Positions 1 through 12,420 are shown, numbered from the stretch's first letter. The stretch: DNA of 64,000 nucleotides from Octopus sinensis (GCF_006345805.1 NC_043000.1:6944001-7008000); one strand, 5' to 3'. Notes: generated by a model from the sequence alone, not told the origin. Translations and numbers: made by a program.

Positions 1-98
1 AGGTAAAAAAAAATAATAATAAATATAAATAAAAATGGATAAACACAGCGAAAAAAAAAAGAAAAGAAAATACAAAAATTTCGGTGGAATAAACTTAC

Positions 99-125
99 TT
101 TGGACTTGGAAAAAATGAGCCCCAT
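99..125 (-). CDS. First coding exon of a gene continuing off the left edge; encodes MGLIFSKSK, predicted N-myristoylated protein
   Basis: Minus strand reads gcagccATGG GGCTCATTTTTTCCAAGTCCAAA|gtaagt: strong Kozak context, 9 codons, canonical phase-0 donor; MGxxxSK myristoylation consensus; CpG-rich upstream region. Confidence 0.75.
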
Positions 126-520
126 GGCTGCAGCAGATGAAATAGTCAACAGATGCAGGCCTCGAAAAAAAAAAAAAAAAAAAACAAGTCTGCCTTTTTT
201 TTTTTTTTTCTTGGTAGTCCGCCTCGGCCGGTTCAGAGGAAGTCGCTTCTCTTCGCCATAATCATCAATGGCTCCCACAGCTGCCACATTTCAGCTTCAC
301 ACCGCTTCCTACTCCTCCTCCGCCTCTTTCTTTTCCCCCCCTTCTGTTCTTTCTCCTTGTCGTCGTCGTCGTCCCCCCCTCTCGTTCACAACAGATTCCT
401 TCTTCTTCTTCCTCTTTGTGCTACGACGGCATTAAACTGCAGTCGACGGCTGCTGGTACCAAATAAGCCGCTTTGGTGTTCGCTCTTTGGTAATAAATAA
501 ATACGACACGTCGACGAGAG
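126..520 (-). promoter_or_regulatory. CpG-rich 5'UTR/promoter region of the left-edge gene
   Basis: Unusually many CpGs for this window (gtcgtcgtcg, gccgctttgg, gtcgacgag), purine-rich minus strand, directly upstream of the Kozak ATG. Confidence 0.55.
233..265 (-). other. Candidate uORF MIMAKRSDFL* in the putative 5'UTR
   Basis: Minus strand ATG ATT ATG GCG AAG AGA AGC GAC TTC CTC TGA, ending about 110 nt before the main ATG. Confidence 0.35.
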
Positions 521-2225
521 AGAGAGAGAGAGACTCTCTTAACGTAATCTCTCCGTAAGCTAGAAATAGCAACCAAATCTTCCTCAAATAACACACTTTA
601 ACATCATAGGGGGAAAAAACAAAACAAATAATAATAACCACCTGGGACTGTGGTTACCTGGAGTGAGAAGGAAGAGAAGATCGCTCTAAACAACTTTTGA
701 TTAAATTCTTTCGGTCTGTGGTCTCAAACTGAAAGTGAAAATATGAAAACACTGACTCGCCATAATTTATTCCCTCTAAAAACACTTTTCGTATTCCTAG
801 AATTCTTGTTTTTAATATCGGAAATTATGATTTTGCATAAGAAAATGTGCTTTTCAAATTTTTCGGTTTTGTTACTACCTTCCTCATTATTTAATTCTTT
901 TTTAAAACTTTTTTTCGAAAGGGGGATTCCATCTCTTAAAATATGGGATTACGATTCTGAAAAAAAATTTTCTTTTTCAAAATTTTCTTTTACTCTTTCA
1001 AAATTATATTTTATTTTCTCTATTCCTTTATGAGTTCGAACCCAAAGGCCGTGGCCACGCTGGGATAACGCAATTTATTTCTTTTTATATATTATATTAT
1101 TTTATATTCTACATATTTATTTTCCCAAAATTTCAGAGCCGGTCGCTTACAAATAATATTCTTCCAGTTTGGGATCAACTGAAAGAGTGCCCTATTGATC
1201 ATAAAACAACTTCAGGTGATCGTGATCAAGTTGCGTATAAACGACCACATCGATCTGCTTGTGTGTTTGGTATCGATCAATTCGAGACACCAATAAGGGA
1301 AGCTCCACGTGTTGTCACAACCGGCTAGAAATAGCAGCCAAATCTCCATTCATTCATACTCTCCCGGTTTTTAACTTTTTGCCGGTGGGGGGATATTTCC
1401 CTGGATTCCATGCATCATATATGATATAAAATTTTTATTTCAACCAGTGTAACTTGGAACTTGTGAAACGAAAGCTTTATATTACTCAGGACGTATGTAT
1501 GAAATAAGGGCTGACTAAAAGTTTGAAAACAAGCATGGACGTTTAGGACGAACTTATGAAAATGTTCAAGACAAACAAAAACTTTTTAAAAAATACATTC
1601 AACAATTTCGAAGTGGAACTTGTCTAGCTGAGTTGATCTAAGATCATGTGCTGAAACTGCATCAAAGAAGATCGATTTCAGCTCCACCACAACTACCTGG
1701 TCACTAAAACACGTCACGGGATAGGCTGCAGAGGTGCGACGAAAATTTCGACAACTCCAGAAATAAACGAAACATGGATATATGCTTTTGTGTTTAGTTG
1801 TACTTCAAAAAAAAAAAAATGACGAGATTCTCACTAGTTGAATATTTTTCAATCGTAGGTCTGCTGGACACGGGTCAAAATAGCGCCAAACAGTGACAGC
1901 CGGTCGTGATTATGCAGGTGTTACTTTAAATAACAAAAAAGGAGTACCATATTTTCAAATAATCCAGAAACTACTGACTAGTACAGTATGTATGTGTGTG
2001 TGTATGCATACATGTATGTATACACACACTAGACAGCGGTTTTTTTTTGGGGGGGGGTGATAAATCGAATTGCAATGCATAACTTTTTAAATAAATATAC
2101 AATTTTAACCTTGTCAAAGGTAAACAAAGTATATATTCTAAGTTTATTTTTCACACGGAAGCTAAAATACAATTTTAATAATAATAATAATATGGTATAT
2201 CTTACATTTCAATATATATATATTC

Positions 2226-2392
2226 TTTTACTCTTTTACTTGTTTCAGTCCTTTGACTGCGGCCATGTTGGAGCACCACCTTTAGTCGAACAAATCGCCC
2301 TAGGACTTATTCTATCAGTCTCTTGGCCGAACCGCTAAGTTACAGGGATGTAAACACACCAACACTGGTTGTCATGCGATGTGGGAGGACAA

Positions 2393-2431
<39 letters not shown>

Positions 2432-2606
2432 ATATATATTATATATATATATATATATATACACACAATGGGCTTCTTTCAGTTTCTGTCTACCAAATCC
2501 ACTCACAAGGTTTTGGTTGGCCCAAGGCTATAGTAGAAGATACTTGCCCAAGGTGCCACACAGTGGGACTGAGCCTGGAACCATGTGGTTGGGAAGCAAG
2601 CTTCTT
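2226..2606 (-). mobile_element. tRNA-derived SINE family A (internal microsatellite)
   Basis: Matches other copies in window: tail ...ccagcatggccgcagtcaaaggactgaaacaagtaaaagag, body gaataagtcctagggcgatttg, internal (TA)n. Confidence 0.85.
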
Positions 2607-2684
2607 TATTTCTTTTAAATTGCCATAAAGACATTACATAGAGGGGGACACTACAACACCTGTGGGGACATATGACAATTAAAA

Positions 2685-2710
2685 TCAAAATATGATGCTG
2701 TGAATGACAC
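2685..2710 (-). CDS. Candidate terminal coding exon ((G)VIHSIIF*)
   Basis: Strong acceptor tttttcatgttcattttcag; phase-compatible with the 4978-5018 candidate; AATAAA about 75 nt downstream. Confidence 0.3.
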
Positions 2711-3884
2711 CTGAAAATGAACATGAAAAACATTCAAATCAAAATATTAAAATAATGCTACATGAACGATAACTGAGAAATGAGAATATGAAAAGTGCTT
2801 TACCCCAAACTGAGTAACACCACTCACCACCTCTCAATCCTGAGTCCTATTTAGTCTCTGATCTAGTCTTTCATGTACTGTTTTCCTCATTGCTGAGTGA
2901 CAACACTCTCTCCTCCATGTATACATAACCTTTTTCACCAGGGGAAGGGCCTTGAAATACCCAAGTACCTCAATTTCATGTACCTATTACTTCAGTCTAC
3001 TTGAGTAATAAAGGTAGAATGAGGTATTTTTAGCTCTTGGCTGAAACAGCTGTAAGTTATTTTCCTAATTTATATTCATGTATGTTATTTTGTAATAATT
3101 ACTGGTATCATTATATATTAATACATCTAATATCTTATATGTAAAGCATATGTTATACATGTATGTATATTCTTGTAATTGTCATTTTAGTAAATAAAGA
3201 AATAAGTTAACATTTTAATGTCCTAAAGTTGATGAAACAATTATTGTGCTTCTCCATTTTCTTATTTGCAATATAATTAATGGTAAAATATCTCTTTACC
3301 TTCATCCATTTAGTACACTAGGTAATGTAATTGCAATGCACTAAAAAATAATTGGGTATTCTACCAGCAGTATATTGGATAGATATTATCCCTTAGTGGG
3401 TTGGATTCACAACCTCTAACTTTCTTGGAGTTATATATATATATATAATCAACAATTCCAGAGCAAAAATTACTACTCTTGCTTATACAAAAAATAAAGA
3501 AGAAAAGGTAGGACATGACCACCTCTCATTCTTAACATTGATTTGAATAAGTTATGGTTACTTCTTGTTCTGAGATCTGTGCATTGTCTAAAACAGGAAC
3601 TGGAGATAAAAGGATGACAATAAAGAATCATGATAATACATACATATTAATCAAAATATGCAATTTTACATATCCATTACAGCTGGTCTTACCAGTTGGT
3701 TTCATACTGGATACTAGCCAACAGGGCTGCCCTCTAATACACATGTTCTTCAGAGGTGGCAAGTATCGCAAAAATGTCATACTTCCAGATGTTGTTGAGT
3801 ATACTGCAATAGGCCGTCAATGACTGGTGCCTTCTGGTTGCTATCCATGGCAGTGCGCTTTATATAGTCATCAAAGACCCACCA

Positions 3885-4150
3885 TCATCATCATCATTTA
3901 GCGTCCGCTTTCCATGCTAGCATGGGTTGGACGGTTCAACTGGGGTCTGGGAAGCCCGAAGGCTGCACCAGGCCCAGTCAGATCTGGCAGTGTTTCTACA
4001 GCTGGATGCCCTTCCTAATGCCAACCACTCTGTGAGTGTAGTGGGTGCTTTTTATGTGCCACCGGCACGGGGGCCAGGCGAGGCTGGCAACGGCCATGAT
4101 CGGATGGTGCTTTTTACGTGCCACCGGCATGGGGGCCAGGCGAGGCTGGC
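3885..4150 (-). mobile_element. RTE LINE 3'-end fragment with (GAT)n tail
   Basis: Near-identical to the 3'UTR of the long RTE at 31144-31500. Confidence 0.85.
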
Positions 4151-4566
4151 AATTATATTATTTATACATACACACACATACATACATACATACATATATA
4201 TGTGTGTGTGTGTGTATATAAAATATATATCTTTTACTTGTTCTAGTCATTAGAGTGTGGCCATGTAAATGACTAGAACAAGTAAAAGATATATATTACA
4301 TCTCTTTACCATCATGGAATTATATGACCTAAATATTCAACAAAAATATATCCCAAAGTCATCTTATGATATTTTTTCTATTCTTGCCATCTCTGAAGAG
4401 TACATGTATTAGGTAGCCACCCGGTTACCTTATATCCAGTACAAAACTGATTGGTAAGACTGGCTACAATGAATCAATAATACTGTATAGTTTGATTAAT
4501 ATACCTACTCTATTGACAAATATAGGAATGCATTCTTAGACAACTGTATGTATGTATGTATGTATG

Positions 4567-4728
4567 TACAAGGGGGCGCTGAAAAGTTTCTGGCTTTAGG
4601 TAAAAGAAAATACAGGAGTATCAGTTAATTATGGTTTTATTTAACATATTCCTCTCTCAGATTTACACACTTATTGCAGAAGTCCTTCAGTTTTTCTCAG
4701 TCCTGTAAAAGAACTCAGAAGGTTGGGT
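4567..4728 (+). mobile_element. mariner-derived end fragment/MITE
   Basis: TA|CAAGGGGGCGCTGAAAAGTT terminus; internal cttattgcag..ccttcagtttttct shared with 6350-6460. Confidence 0.6.
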
Positions 4729-4977
4729 AGTAATTTCAGCACTAAATTACAGACACCAGTTGAAATGATGCAATTACGTTCTACTCAGTCCTTTCTGCTT
4801 GCCTCCACTCCTCATCAAATAAATTCTAATCTGTTCATTCATCTTATATCTTTCATATTTATCAATAAAGTCATTCACTGGTTGTGATGCTTCTTACATG
4901 ATTTAGCAAACTATTCTATCCATTAAATAGTTCTTGCAGATAAAAAAAACAGATCTCTTGAAGCAGGAAATATGTAC

Positions 4978-5018
4978 CTATAAGAGTAATCAAAAGAAAT
5001 TGCAGGAATACATGAGGT
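4978..5018 (-). CDS. Candidate 41-nt internal exon (PHVFLQFLLITLI, hydrophobic)
   Basis: Acceptor gtgtttttacag, donor ATAG|gtacat; open in two frames. Confidence 0.35.
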
Positions 5019-5169
5019 CTGTAAAAACACTGGAATTTTAAAGAAATAACAACCAGCTAAGTGCAACTCATGTGACTCAAAAATGTATGGTGAGCTTTTG
5101 CTGCTGTCATTCACTCACAGTTTTCAGCAAGGATTTTCAGCAAAGTTTATGGCTAAAAATAGATCTTAC

Positions 5170-5221
5170 ATGCATTTGTTAATTGAGAATGATAAACGGA
5201 TGTGCCTCTCTGAAGCTGTGC
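5170..5221 (-). CDS. Candidate 52-nt internal exon (AQLQRGTSVYHSQLTNA or TASERHIRLSFSINKC)
   Basis: Acceptor cctaaattttag, donor CAT|gtaaga; two open frames. Confidence 0.35.
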
Positions 5222-5740
5222 CTAAAATTTAGGTAGTTGTCAGAAAGAGCTAAGCTAATAGAACCTTATTTAAAGTGTAACATTAACACTTTAGCATTTA
5301 AACTGGTCCTATACAGCCTAAATATTCCAATTTGAGCCTACTGTTTCTTATAAAAGCCCACCTTCTCGAATCGAAGTCTTTGGTTCCAGACCTTTTGAGG
5401 TCTAGCAACTGAACACATAAGACACAGATAGTTCCAGTGACAATACCTGTCCAACAGCATTACAGCAATTTCTTTCTTCTTAACGCCATCAGCATCATTT
5501 CTCTACATATACACCTCAAGCAACACTGCACAGGTTCTAGCATAGCACTGTTCATGAATTACTTCACCATGGTTAACAGAGAGAACTCCTGTAGAAGTGA
5601 CACAGGCAACAACTTTGTACGACACATACCACAACCTGCTCTGCATCATCACCGCAACTTCTCGATACAGTATTTTCAATCACCGTGTACAATTGACTAC
5701 GAACTGGTATCTCTCATTTCTTGTGTGTCTGTCTCTCTCT

Positions 5741-5955
5741 CTTTTACTCTTTTACTTGTTTCAGTCATTTGACTGCGGCCATGCTGGAGCACCGCCTTTA
5801 GTCGAGCAAATCAACCCCGGTACTTATTCTCTGTAAGCCCAGTACTTATTCTATCGGTCTCTTTTTTGCCGAACCGCTAAGTGACGGGGATGTAAAGACA
5901 CCACCATCGGTTGTCAAGCAATGCTAGGGGGACAAACACAGACACACAAACACAT

Positions 5956-6030
<75 letters not shown>

Positions 6031-6186
6031 GACAGGCTTCTTTCAGTTTCCGTCTACCAAATCCACTCACAAGGCATTGGTCGGCCCGGGGCTATAGCAG
6101 AAGACACTTGCCCAAGATGCCACGCAGTGGGACTGAACCCGAAACCATGTGGTTGGTTAGCAAGCTACTTACCACACAGCCACTCC
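5741..6186 (-). mobile_element. SINE family A, full length
   Basis: tRNA-like head ggagtggctgtgtggtaagtagcttgc with B box ggttcagtcc; internal (TA)n/(CA)n; standard tail. Confidence 0.9.
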
Positions 6187-6479
6187 TGCGCCTATGAACA
6201 TTCGTCTAACTTCTCGTTACAGACTTTCACTTTCTCCTGCATTATTGTTCTTACATGTACTTAAGGCATACATCCATGCCTATACACACATACACTTTGT
6301 TCTCATGACAGGCTGTCTATTATTCTGTATGCATGCCACACACAGAATCTCAGATTCACTCACTTATTGCAGTGGTCCTTCAGTTTTTCTAAGCCCTATG
6401 AAAGAACTTGGAAGGTTGGGCCTCCGACAATACCTATCACAATACCCTTAAAGCCAGGAACTTTCCAGCAACCCCTAGT

Positions 6480-6629
6480 AATTTAAAACTTCCCATCAAA
6501 ATTTTGTGTTAGTTTATGTTTCAAAACCAGCATAAAAATGACAAAGTTATTTCACTAAATTCTTCATTATTTTCTAAATTAATTGAAGCAAAAGTATGTC
6601 AACAGAAATATGGTACACAAAAGGGTTAA
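6480..6629. mobile_element. TTAA-ended (piggyBac-like) MITE fragment
   Basis: Ends aagggTTAA; homologous to 15355-15566, 24850-25075 and 63952-64000. Confidence 0.6.
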
Positions 6630-7309
6630 CGATATGCAACCATAGAAGTAACTGCACACCACAGTTAGGCTATCACTCACTACAGCTACAGCGATGATGG
6701 GAAGATCCTGATGAGTCCCTGGCACAGTGAGGTCATTGACCAGTTCATTCTCTGATAGTACCCCTTTTGCAGAAGTCTCAGGATTTCAAGTCAGAAGGGC
6801 TAGAAGGTTACAAAATGTTGGGATTCACATGATCAAACAACTCTACGGACTGCCCTCCCCCAATCACATGATGTCCTCATACACCAATCATATGATAAGA
6901 GATGCTATCATCTTGAGCTGTCGGAGATGGCCTTCAATAGCTCATTGAGCTTATTGTTGCTGTCCTAAACCTACTAGGTGAATTCAACCAACTTGATGAC
7001 ATGTCATCACTGATAATGTTTCTTTATCTTGATTACGTATGACACATCCTCACCAGAAGTTACTGGTTTTCTCCAGACTCTGAACATGAAGAACCCAGCC
7101 ACATTCAAGAAACTGGTGATCTCTGAGCCACTGAAGACTAGAACAACAAGCATTACCACTTTCTCTGTCAGACAGTGATCAGTCATGTTAATACTGTTGA
7201 TACGTTTGAAAGAAAAATCAGGTTAAAGTTTGGTGCATGCTGGGTAACATTATGCTAGGTTCACTTCCATTTATGGCCCACTAAACTTGTGTTCATATGT
7301 AACCAACAT

Positions 7310-7555
<246 letters not shown>

Positions 7556-7556
7556 C

Positions 7557-7615
7557 TGAATTGCTGAATTCAGTAAAGGTAAACTTTGATTCTCTGTTTT
7601 TTAATCTTTCTAGCA
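7557..7615 (-). CDS. Candidate 59-nt internal exon ([19 protein letters not shown])
   Basis: Long pyrimidine acceptor ttgttaatttctttatcag, donor TCA|gtaaat, single open frame (phase 1 to 0). Confidence 0.35.
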
Positions 7616-8289
7616 CTGATAAAGAAATTAACAATAAATTAACAAGTTAATCACTTGAAAAAAAAAAAAAACACTTTTCAAGGCTAACTATATATCAGTG
7701 TGTGAGTGAGATAGAGAAAGAGGGAGAGAAAGACTAAGCATAGTATTGACCTTTCGGGGTCGATAAAATGAGTACCAGTTGAATACTGAGGTCAATGTAA
7801 TTGACTTACGCCTCCCCTGAAATTACTGGATCTGTACCAAAATTTTAAACCAAATTTGAAGCCAATATTATTACAATTTATATGATACTATAGTCTCATA
7901 ACAGCTGATTAATGTTACTACAAATAGGTTTCATGCCAAATATGGAGAGGTAAATTTATCAATCATCAGACATAGTTGAACAGAAATGTATGAGTTGGGC
8001 TCTTAGCTACTAGAGGTCTGAAATCGCCACATCCAGGTTAGCAGTCTTAAAGTTGTTAGTATATATGTATGTATGTATGCAGCCCAATTCTGTCCTCACT
8101 GCTTTGCCCACTATATCATTGCAATTATGTTGTCCCACCCCTCCTCTACTTACCGAGGCTTCATTAGCCCCTTTGCATTCATGTGAACTTCCTGCTCCTT
8201 ACTCATGCACACTTGGTAATACTCTACCATCCCATTTATATTCTCATCTCCGTACCTTTAGCATATGTCCTGGCACATCACCACCATTT

Positions 8290-8440
8290 CTCTCTCATTC
8301 TTGACTACTCTCTCTCTCTCTTTCTCTCTCTCATTCTTGATTACTCTCTCTCTCTCTTTCTCTCTCTCATTCTTGATTACTCTCTCTCTCTCTTTCTCTC
8401 TCTCATTCTTGATTACTCTCTCTCTCTCTTTCTCTCTCCC
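8290..8440. repeat. 36-bp CT-rich minisatellite, about 4 copies
   Basis: Unit ctcattcttgattactctctctctctctttctctct; the ORF track shows LILDYSLSLFLS repeats. Confidence 0.85.
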
Positions 8441-8480
8441 ACTCTGTTTCTCTTTCTGCCTCCCCCTAACTGAGGTAACC

Positions 8481-8716
8481 TATTGCTTTACTACCCACAA
8501 GGGGCTAAACACAGAGAGTTCAAACAAGGACAGACAAACGGATTAAGTCGATTACATCGACCCCAGTGCGTAACTGGTACTTATTTAATCGACACCGAAA
8601 GGATGAAAGGCAAAGTCGACCTCGGCGGAATTTGAACTCAGAACGTAACGGCAGGCAAAATACCGCTAAGTATTTCGTCCGGTGTGCTAACGTTTCTGCC
8701 AGCTCGCCGCCTTAGG
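8481..8716 (-). mobile_element. tRNA-derived SINE family C, full length, with TSD
   Basis: Head aaggcggcgagctggcagaaacgttagc, B box gagttcaaattcc; flanking taactgaggta(a/t)cc at 8467-8480 and 8717-8730. Confidence 0.9.
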
Positions 8717-8829
8717 TAACTGAGGTATCCATGTATTTCTTCTACAACAAGGCATCTGGTTCTGTTCCTCTGTCACACTCTAGCCTCTCATCACCTGGCA
8801 CATGACCACATCCTATAATAGCCACCTTT

Positions 8830-9630
8830 CTCAAAGGCTCTTTGCCTTGTGAGTTACTTAGTCACCCCACTGGTGCTGGTGCTGATGCCCCATAAAAAAG
8901 CATCCGGTCCACACTGTAAAGTGGTTGTTATCTGGAAGGGCATCCAGCCATAAAATCCATGCCAAAACAGACCTTGCCAGTGCCGGTGCCATGTAAAAAA
9001 AGTGTTTAGTTCACTCTGTATGGTGGTTGGTGTTAGGAAGGACATCCAGCCATTGAAACCAACCCAAAACAGACAGTGAAGTCTGGTGCAGTCTTCTGGT
9101 TTGCCAGTTCTTGTCAAACCATCCAACCTATGCCAGCATGGAAATAATGATCATGATTAGGCATTAAATAATGATGACGATGATGATGATAACATACATG
9201 CACAGACACACACACACACACACACAAATATATACTATCATCATCATCATCATCATCGTTTAGCGTCCGTTTTCCATGCTAGCATGGGTTGGACGGTTCT
9301 ACTGGGGTCTGTGAAGCCAGAAGGCTTCATCAGGCCCTGTCAAATCTGGCAGTGTTTCTACGGCTGGATGCCCTTCATATATATATATATATGCATATAT
9401 ATGTATGTATATATATGTATCGCCTCACTGGTCCTCATGCCGGTGGCATGTAAAAGCACCCACTACACTCTCAGAGTGGTTGGCGTTAGGAAGGGCATCC
9501 AGCTGTAGAAACTCTGCCAAATCAGATTGGAGTCTGGTGCAGCCATCTGGTTCGCCTGTCCTCAGTCAAATCGTCCAACCCATGCCAGCATGGAAAGCAG
9601 ATGTTAAACAATAATGATGATGATGATGAT
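8830..9630. mobile_element. Cluster of three RTE 3'-end fragments in alternating orientation (+,-,+)
   Basis: 8830-9185 (+), 9238-9377 (-), 9430-9630 (+); all match the RTE 3'UTR. Confidence 0.8.
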
Positions 9631-9784
9631 GTTTGTATGTATGTTTCATACATTATACATGCATAAATTGCACACATACATGTATGCGCATGCACACACA
9701 CACACATATGCATTCACACATTTATATTATCAATATCATTTTACATCCGTGTTTCTCTGCTGGCCTGGGCCCAACAAAACTTAC

Positions 9785-9835
9785 TGAAGCAATCTGTACT
9801 TGTTTTTCAAGTATTATTAGTCCATTTATGTCAAA
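9785..9835 (-). CDS. Candidate 51-nt internal exon (FDINGLIILEKQVQIAS)
   Basis: Acceptor gtcctatag with an upstream branch-like motif, consensus donor TCA|gtaagt, single open frame 0 to 0. Confidence 0.5.
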
Positions 9836-9924
9836 CTATAGGACTTAGGTGTAAGTCCTGTAGATGTTCTGTAAATAAATGTAGTTAAACCCACACACGT
9901 ACATACATGCATACATACACAAGT

Positions 9925-9972
<48 letters not shown>

Positions 9973-10083
9973 GACAACAATGTTTCATTTACTCAAATGG
10001 TACTTAGGAAGATATCCAGAATTAATAGTATTCCAACACCACACACATATAAATGTATGTATCAATGCATATATATATATGTA

Positions 10084-10136
<53 letters not shown>

Positions 10137-10137
10137 C

Positions 10138-10355
10138 TCTTTTACTCTTTTATTTGTTTCGGTCATTTGACTGCGGCCATGCTAGAGCACCACCTTTAGT
10201 CAGACAAATCAAGCCCTGGACTCATTCTTTGTGAACCTAGTACTTATTCTATTGGTCTCTTTTGCCAAACCGCTAAGTTACAGAGATGTAAACACACCAG
10301 CATCGGTTGTCAAGCAATGGTGGGGGGGGACAAATACAGACACACAAACTCACAC

Positions 10356-10395
<40 letters not shown>

Positions 10396-10487
10396 CAGGC
10401 TTCTTTCAGTCTCCATCTGCCAAATCCACTCACAAGGCTTTGGTCGGCCTGAGGCCATAGTAGAAGACACTTGCCCAAGGTGCCATA
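10138..10487 (-). mobile_element. SINE family A (head truncated)
   Basis: Tail and body match family A; internal (CA)n. Confidence 0.85.
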
Positions 10488-10964
10488 TAAATATACATAC
10501 ACACATACACACACAGACAGATAGATAGATAGATAAACAAATACATACACACACACACACATGTATATATTGATACAAAGAGAGAGAGAGAGAGAAAGGG
10601 AAAGAGAGATACACATAATATACATGATGATGATGATGAAGCTTCTTAACAGCTCCCATCTACCAATTTCATTTCTACAATAGAACCAAGGCTACAGTAG
10701 AAGACACAGGTCTCACTGTATGACCAAAGATGCCAGCCAGTGGCACCCTTGGTCACAGAGTAAATTTCCTACCCACTCAGCTACTCATGATGATGATGAT
10801 GATGATGATGATGATAATGATGATGGTGGTGGTGGTGGTGATGATGATGACAATGACAATGATGATGATGATGCAGAGGGGGAGGATTTATTGGTGTGTG
10901 CAAATCTGAGCTTCCAGGATTATACTGAAATAGAATAATCACTATTAATGCTCAAGCCATGCCT

Positions 10965-11112
10965 GATGATGATGATGGTGATGATGATGCCAATGACAAT
11001 AATGGTGATGATGATGATGATGCCAATGACAATAATGGTGATGATGATGATGATGCCAATGACAATAATGGTGATGATGATGATGATGCCAATGACAACA
11101 ATGGTGATGATG
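10965..11112. repeat. 33-bp (GAT)-based minisatellite, about 4 copies
   Basis: Unit gatgatgatgatgatgccaatgacaataatggt. Confidence 0.9.
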
Positions 11113-11268
11113 ATAAAATATTTGATGTGCAAATTTCAACTTACAAACCTATACTGAAGTGAAATAATTACTCTTAATGTCCAGATACGGAAGCCTTCTC
11201 CTACCTTACCCCCAACATTAATTGTAAGTAACATACAAAGTAATATATAATACATATATACATAACGT

Positions 11269-11570
11269 CACCCTTTTCAAGCCTAGCCAGGCTCCTGGGC
11301 CCAGTTTCCCGGTTTCTGTGGCGTATGTGTTCCCCCCAGCTGGACGGGATGCCAGTCCATTGCAGCGTTACTCAAGAAACAGGAAGAGAGAGTGAGAGAA
11401 AGTTGTGGGAAAAGAGTACAACAGGGGTCGTCACCACCCCCTGCAGGAGCCTGGTGGAGCTTTTAGGTGTTTTCGCTCAATAAACATACACAATGCCCGG
11501 TCTGGGAATCGAAACTGTGATCCTCCGACCACGAGTCCGCTGCCCTAACCACTGGGCCATTGCACCTCCA
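11269..11570 (-). mobile_element. Chimeric tRNA-derived SINE (family D head/body plus family D2 tail)
   Basis: 11385-11570 matches 40520-40713; 11269-11380 matches the tail of 44372-44470 and 52620-52727. Confidence 0.75.
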
Positions 11571-11939
11571 ATAAATGTATAATACATATATATATACACC
11601 ACAATAAACAAAGATGAAAGGCTTTTCAGACATTGGAAGTGAAAGTGATTGTCTTTCGTTTGTTTATTGTGTAGAATATGTGCTGTGTGAACAGTATTAT
11701 TTTACTAGGGTCAAGATTGTGCAACCTATTAGTTGTGTGTGTTGTGTTTGTTATTTGGTAGATGATTGTGCAGGAAGTGTGTTGTGTAAGTTGTGCTGTT
11801 GAGTTGAAACTGCCTAGAGTAAAATATGGGTTGAGTCTTAGAGAGCATTTTTCAGGCAGAGTTTGTAAAGTTGTAAGCTCTGGTATGGTTGTTACATTTT
11901 CATTCATATTCTTTATTATTATTGTTGATGTTGTATAAG

Positions 11940-12356
11940 GTGGTTGTATGAGCTGGCAGAATCATTAGCACGCTGGGCAGAATGCTTAGTAGCAGTTCAC
12001 CTGTCCTTACATTCTGAGTTCAATTTCTGCCGGGATCAACTTTGCCTTTCATCCTTTTGGGGTTGATAAATTAAGTACCAGTGAAATACTGGGGATGATG
12101 TAATTGACTAGTCCCCTCCCCCCAAATGTCAGGCCTTGTGCTTTTTGCAGAAAGTGTTGTTGTTGTTATTATTATTCTTATGTTCTGAGTTCAAATTCTG
12201 ATGAGGTCAACTTTGCATTTCATCCTTTTGGGGTTGATGAAATATTTACTGATTGAGCACTGCAGTCGATGTTATCAACTAGACCCTCTCTATAAATTTT
12301 GGGCCTTGTACCTATAGCAGAAAGGGTTATTATTATTATTATTATTATTATTGTTG

Positions 12357-12388
<32 letters not shown>

Positions 12389-12420
12389 GTTGTTATTATT
12401 ATTATTATTATTATTATTGC
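11940..12420 (+). mobile_element. Two tandem SINE family C copies with (TTA)n tails
   Basis: Repeated ttctgagttcaa...ctttgcctttcatccttttggggttgat motif. Confidence 0.75.

Noticed and set aside
1135-1330. Open reading stretch after a plus-strand acceptor (SRSLTNNILPVWDQLKEC..)
   Set aside because: Overlaps the dispersed gctagaaatagcagccaaatct repeat family also seen at 555, 13420, 29700 and 60710
3554-3870. 89-aa ORF and a minus-strand GTAAG donor at about 3690
   Set aside because: Weak acceptor, no recognisable domain, stops in the most protein-like frames
10920-11162. His-rich, Asp-rich and Met-rich ORFs; CRISPR-like periodicity
   Set aside because: A 33-bp tandem minisatellite with no unique spacers, no cas genes and no splice support
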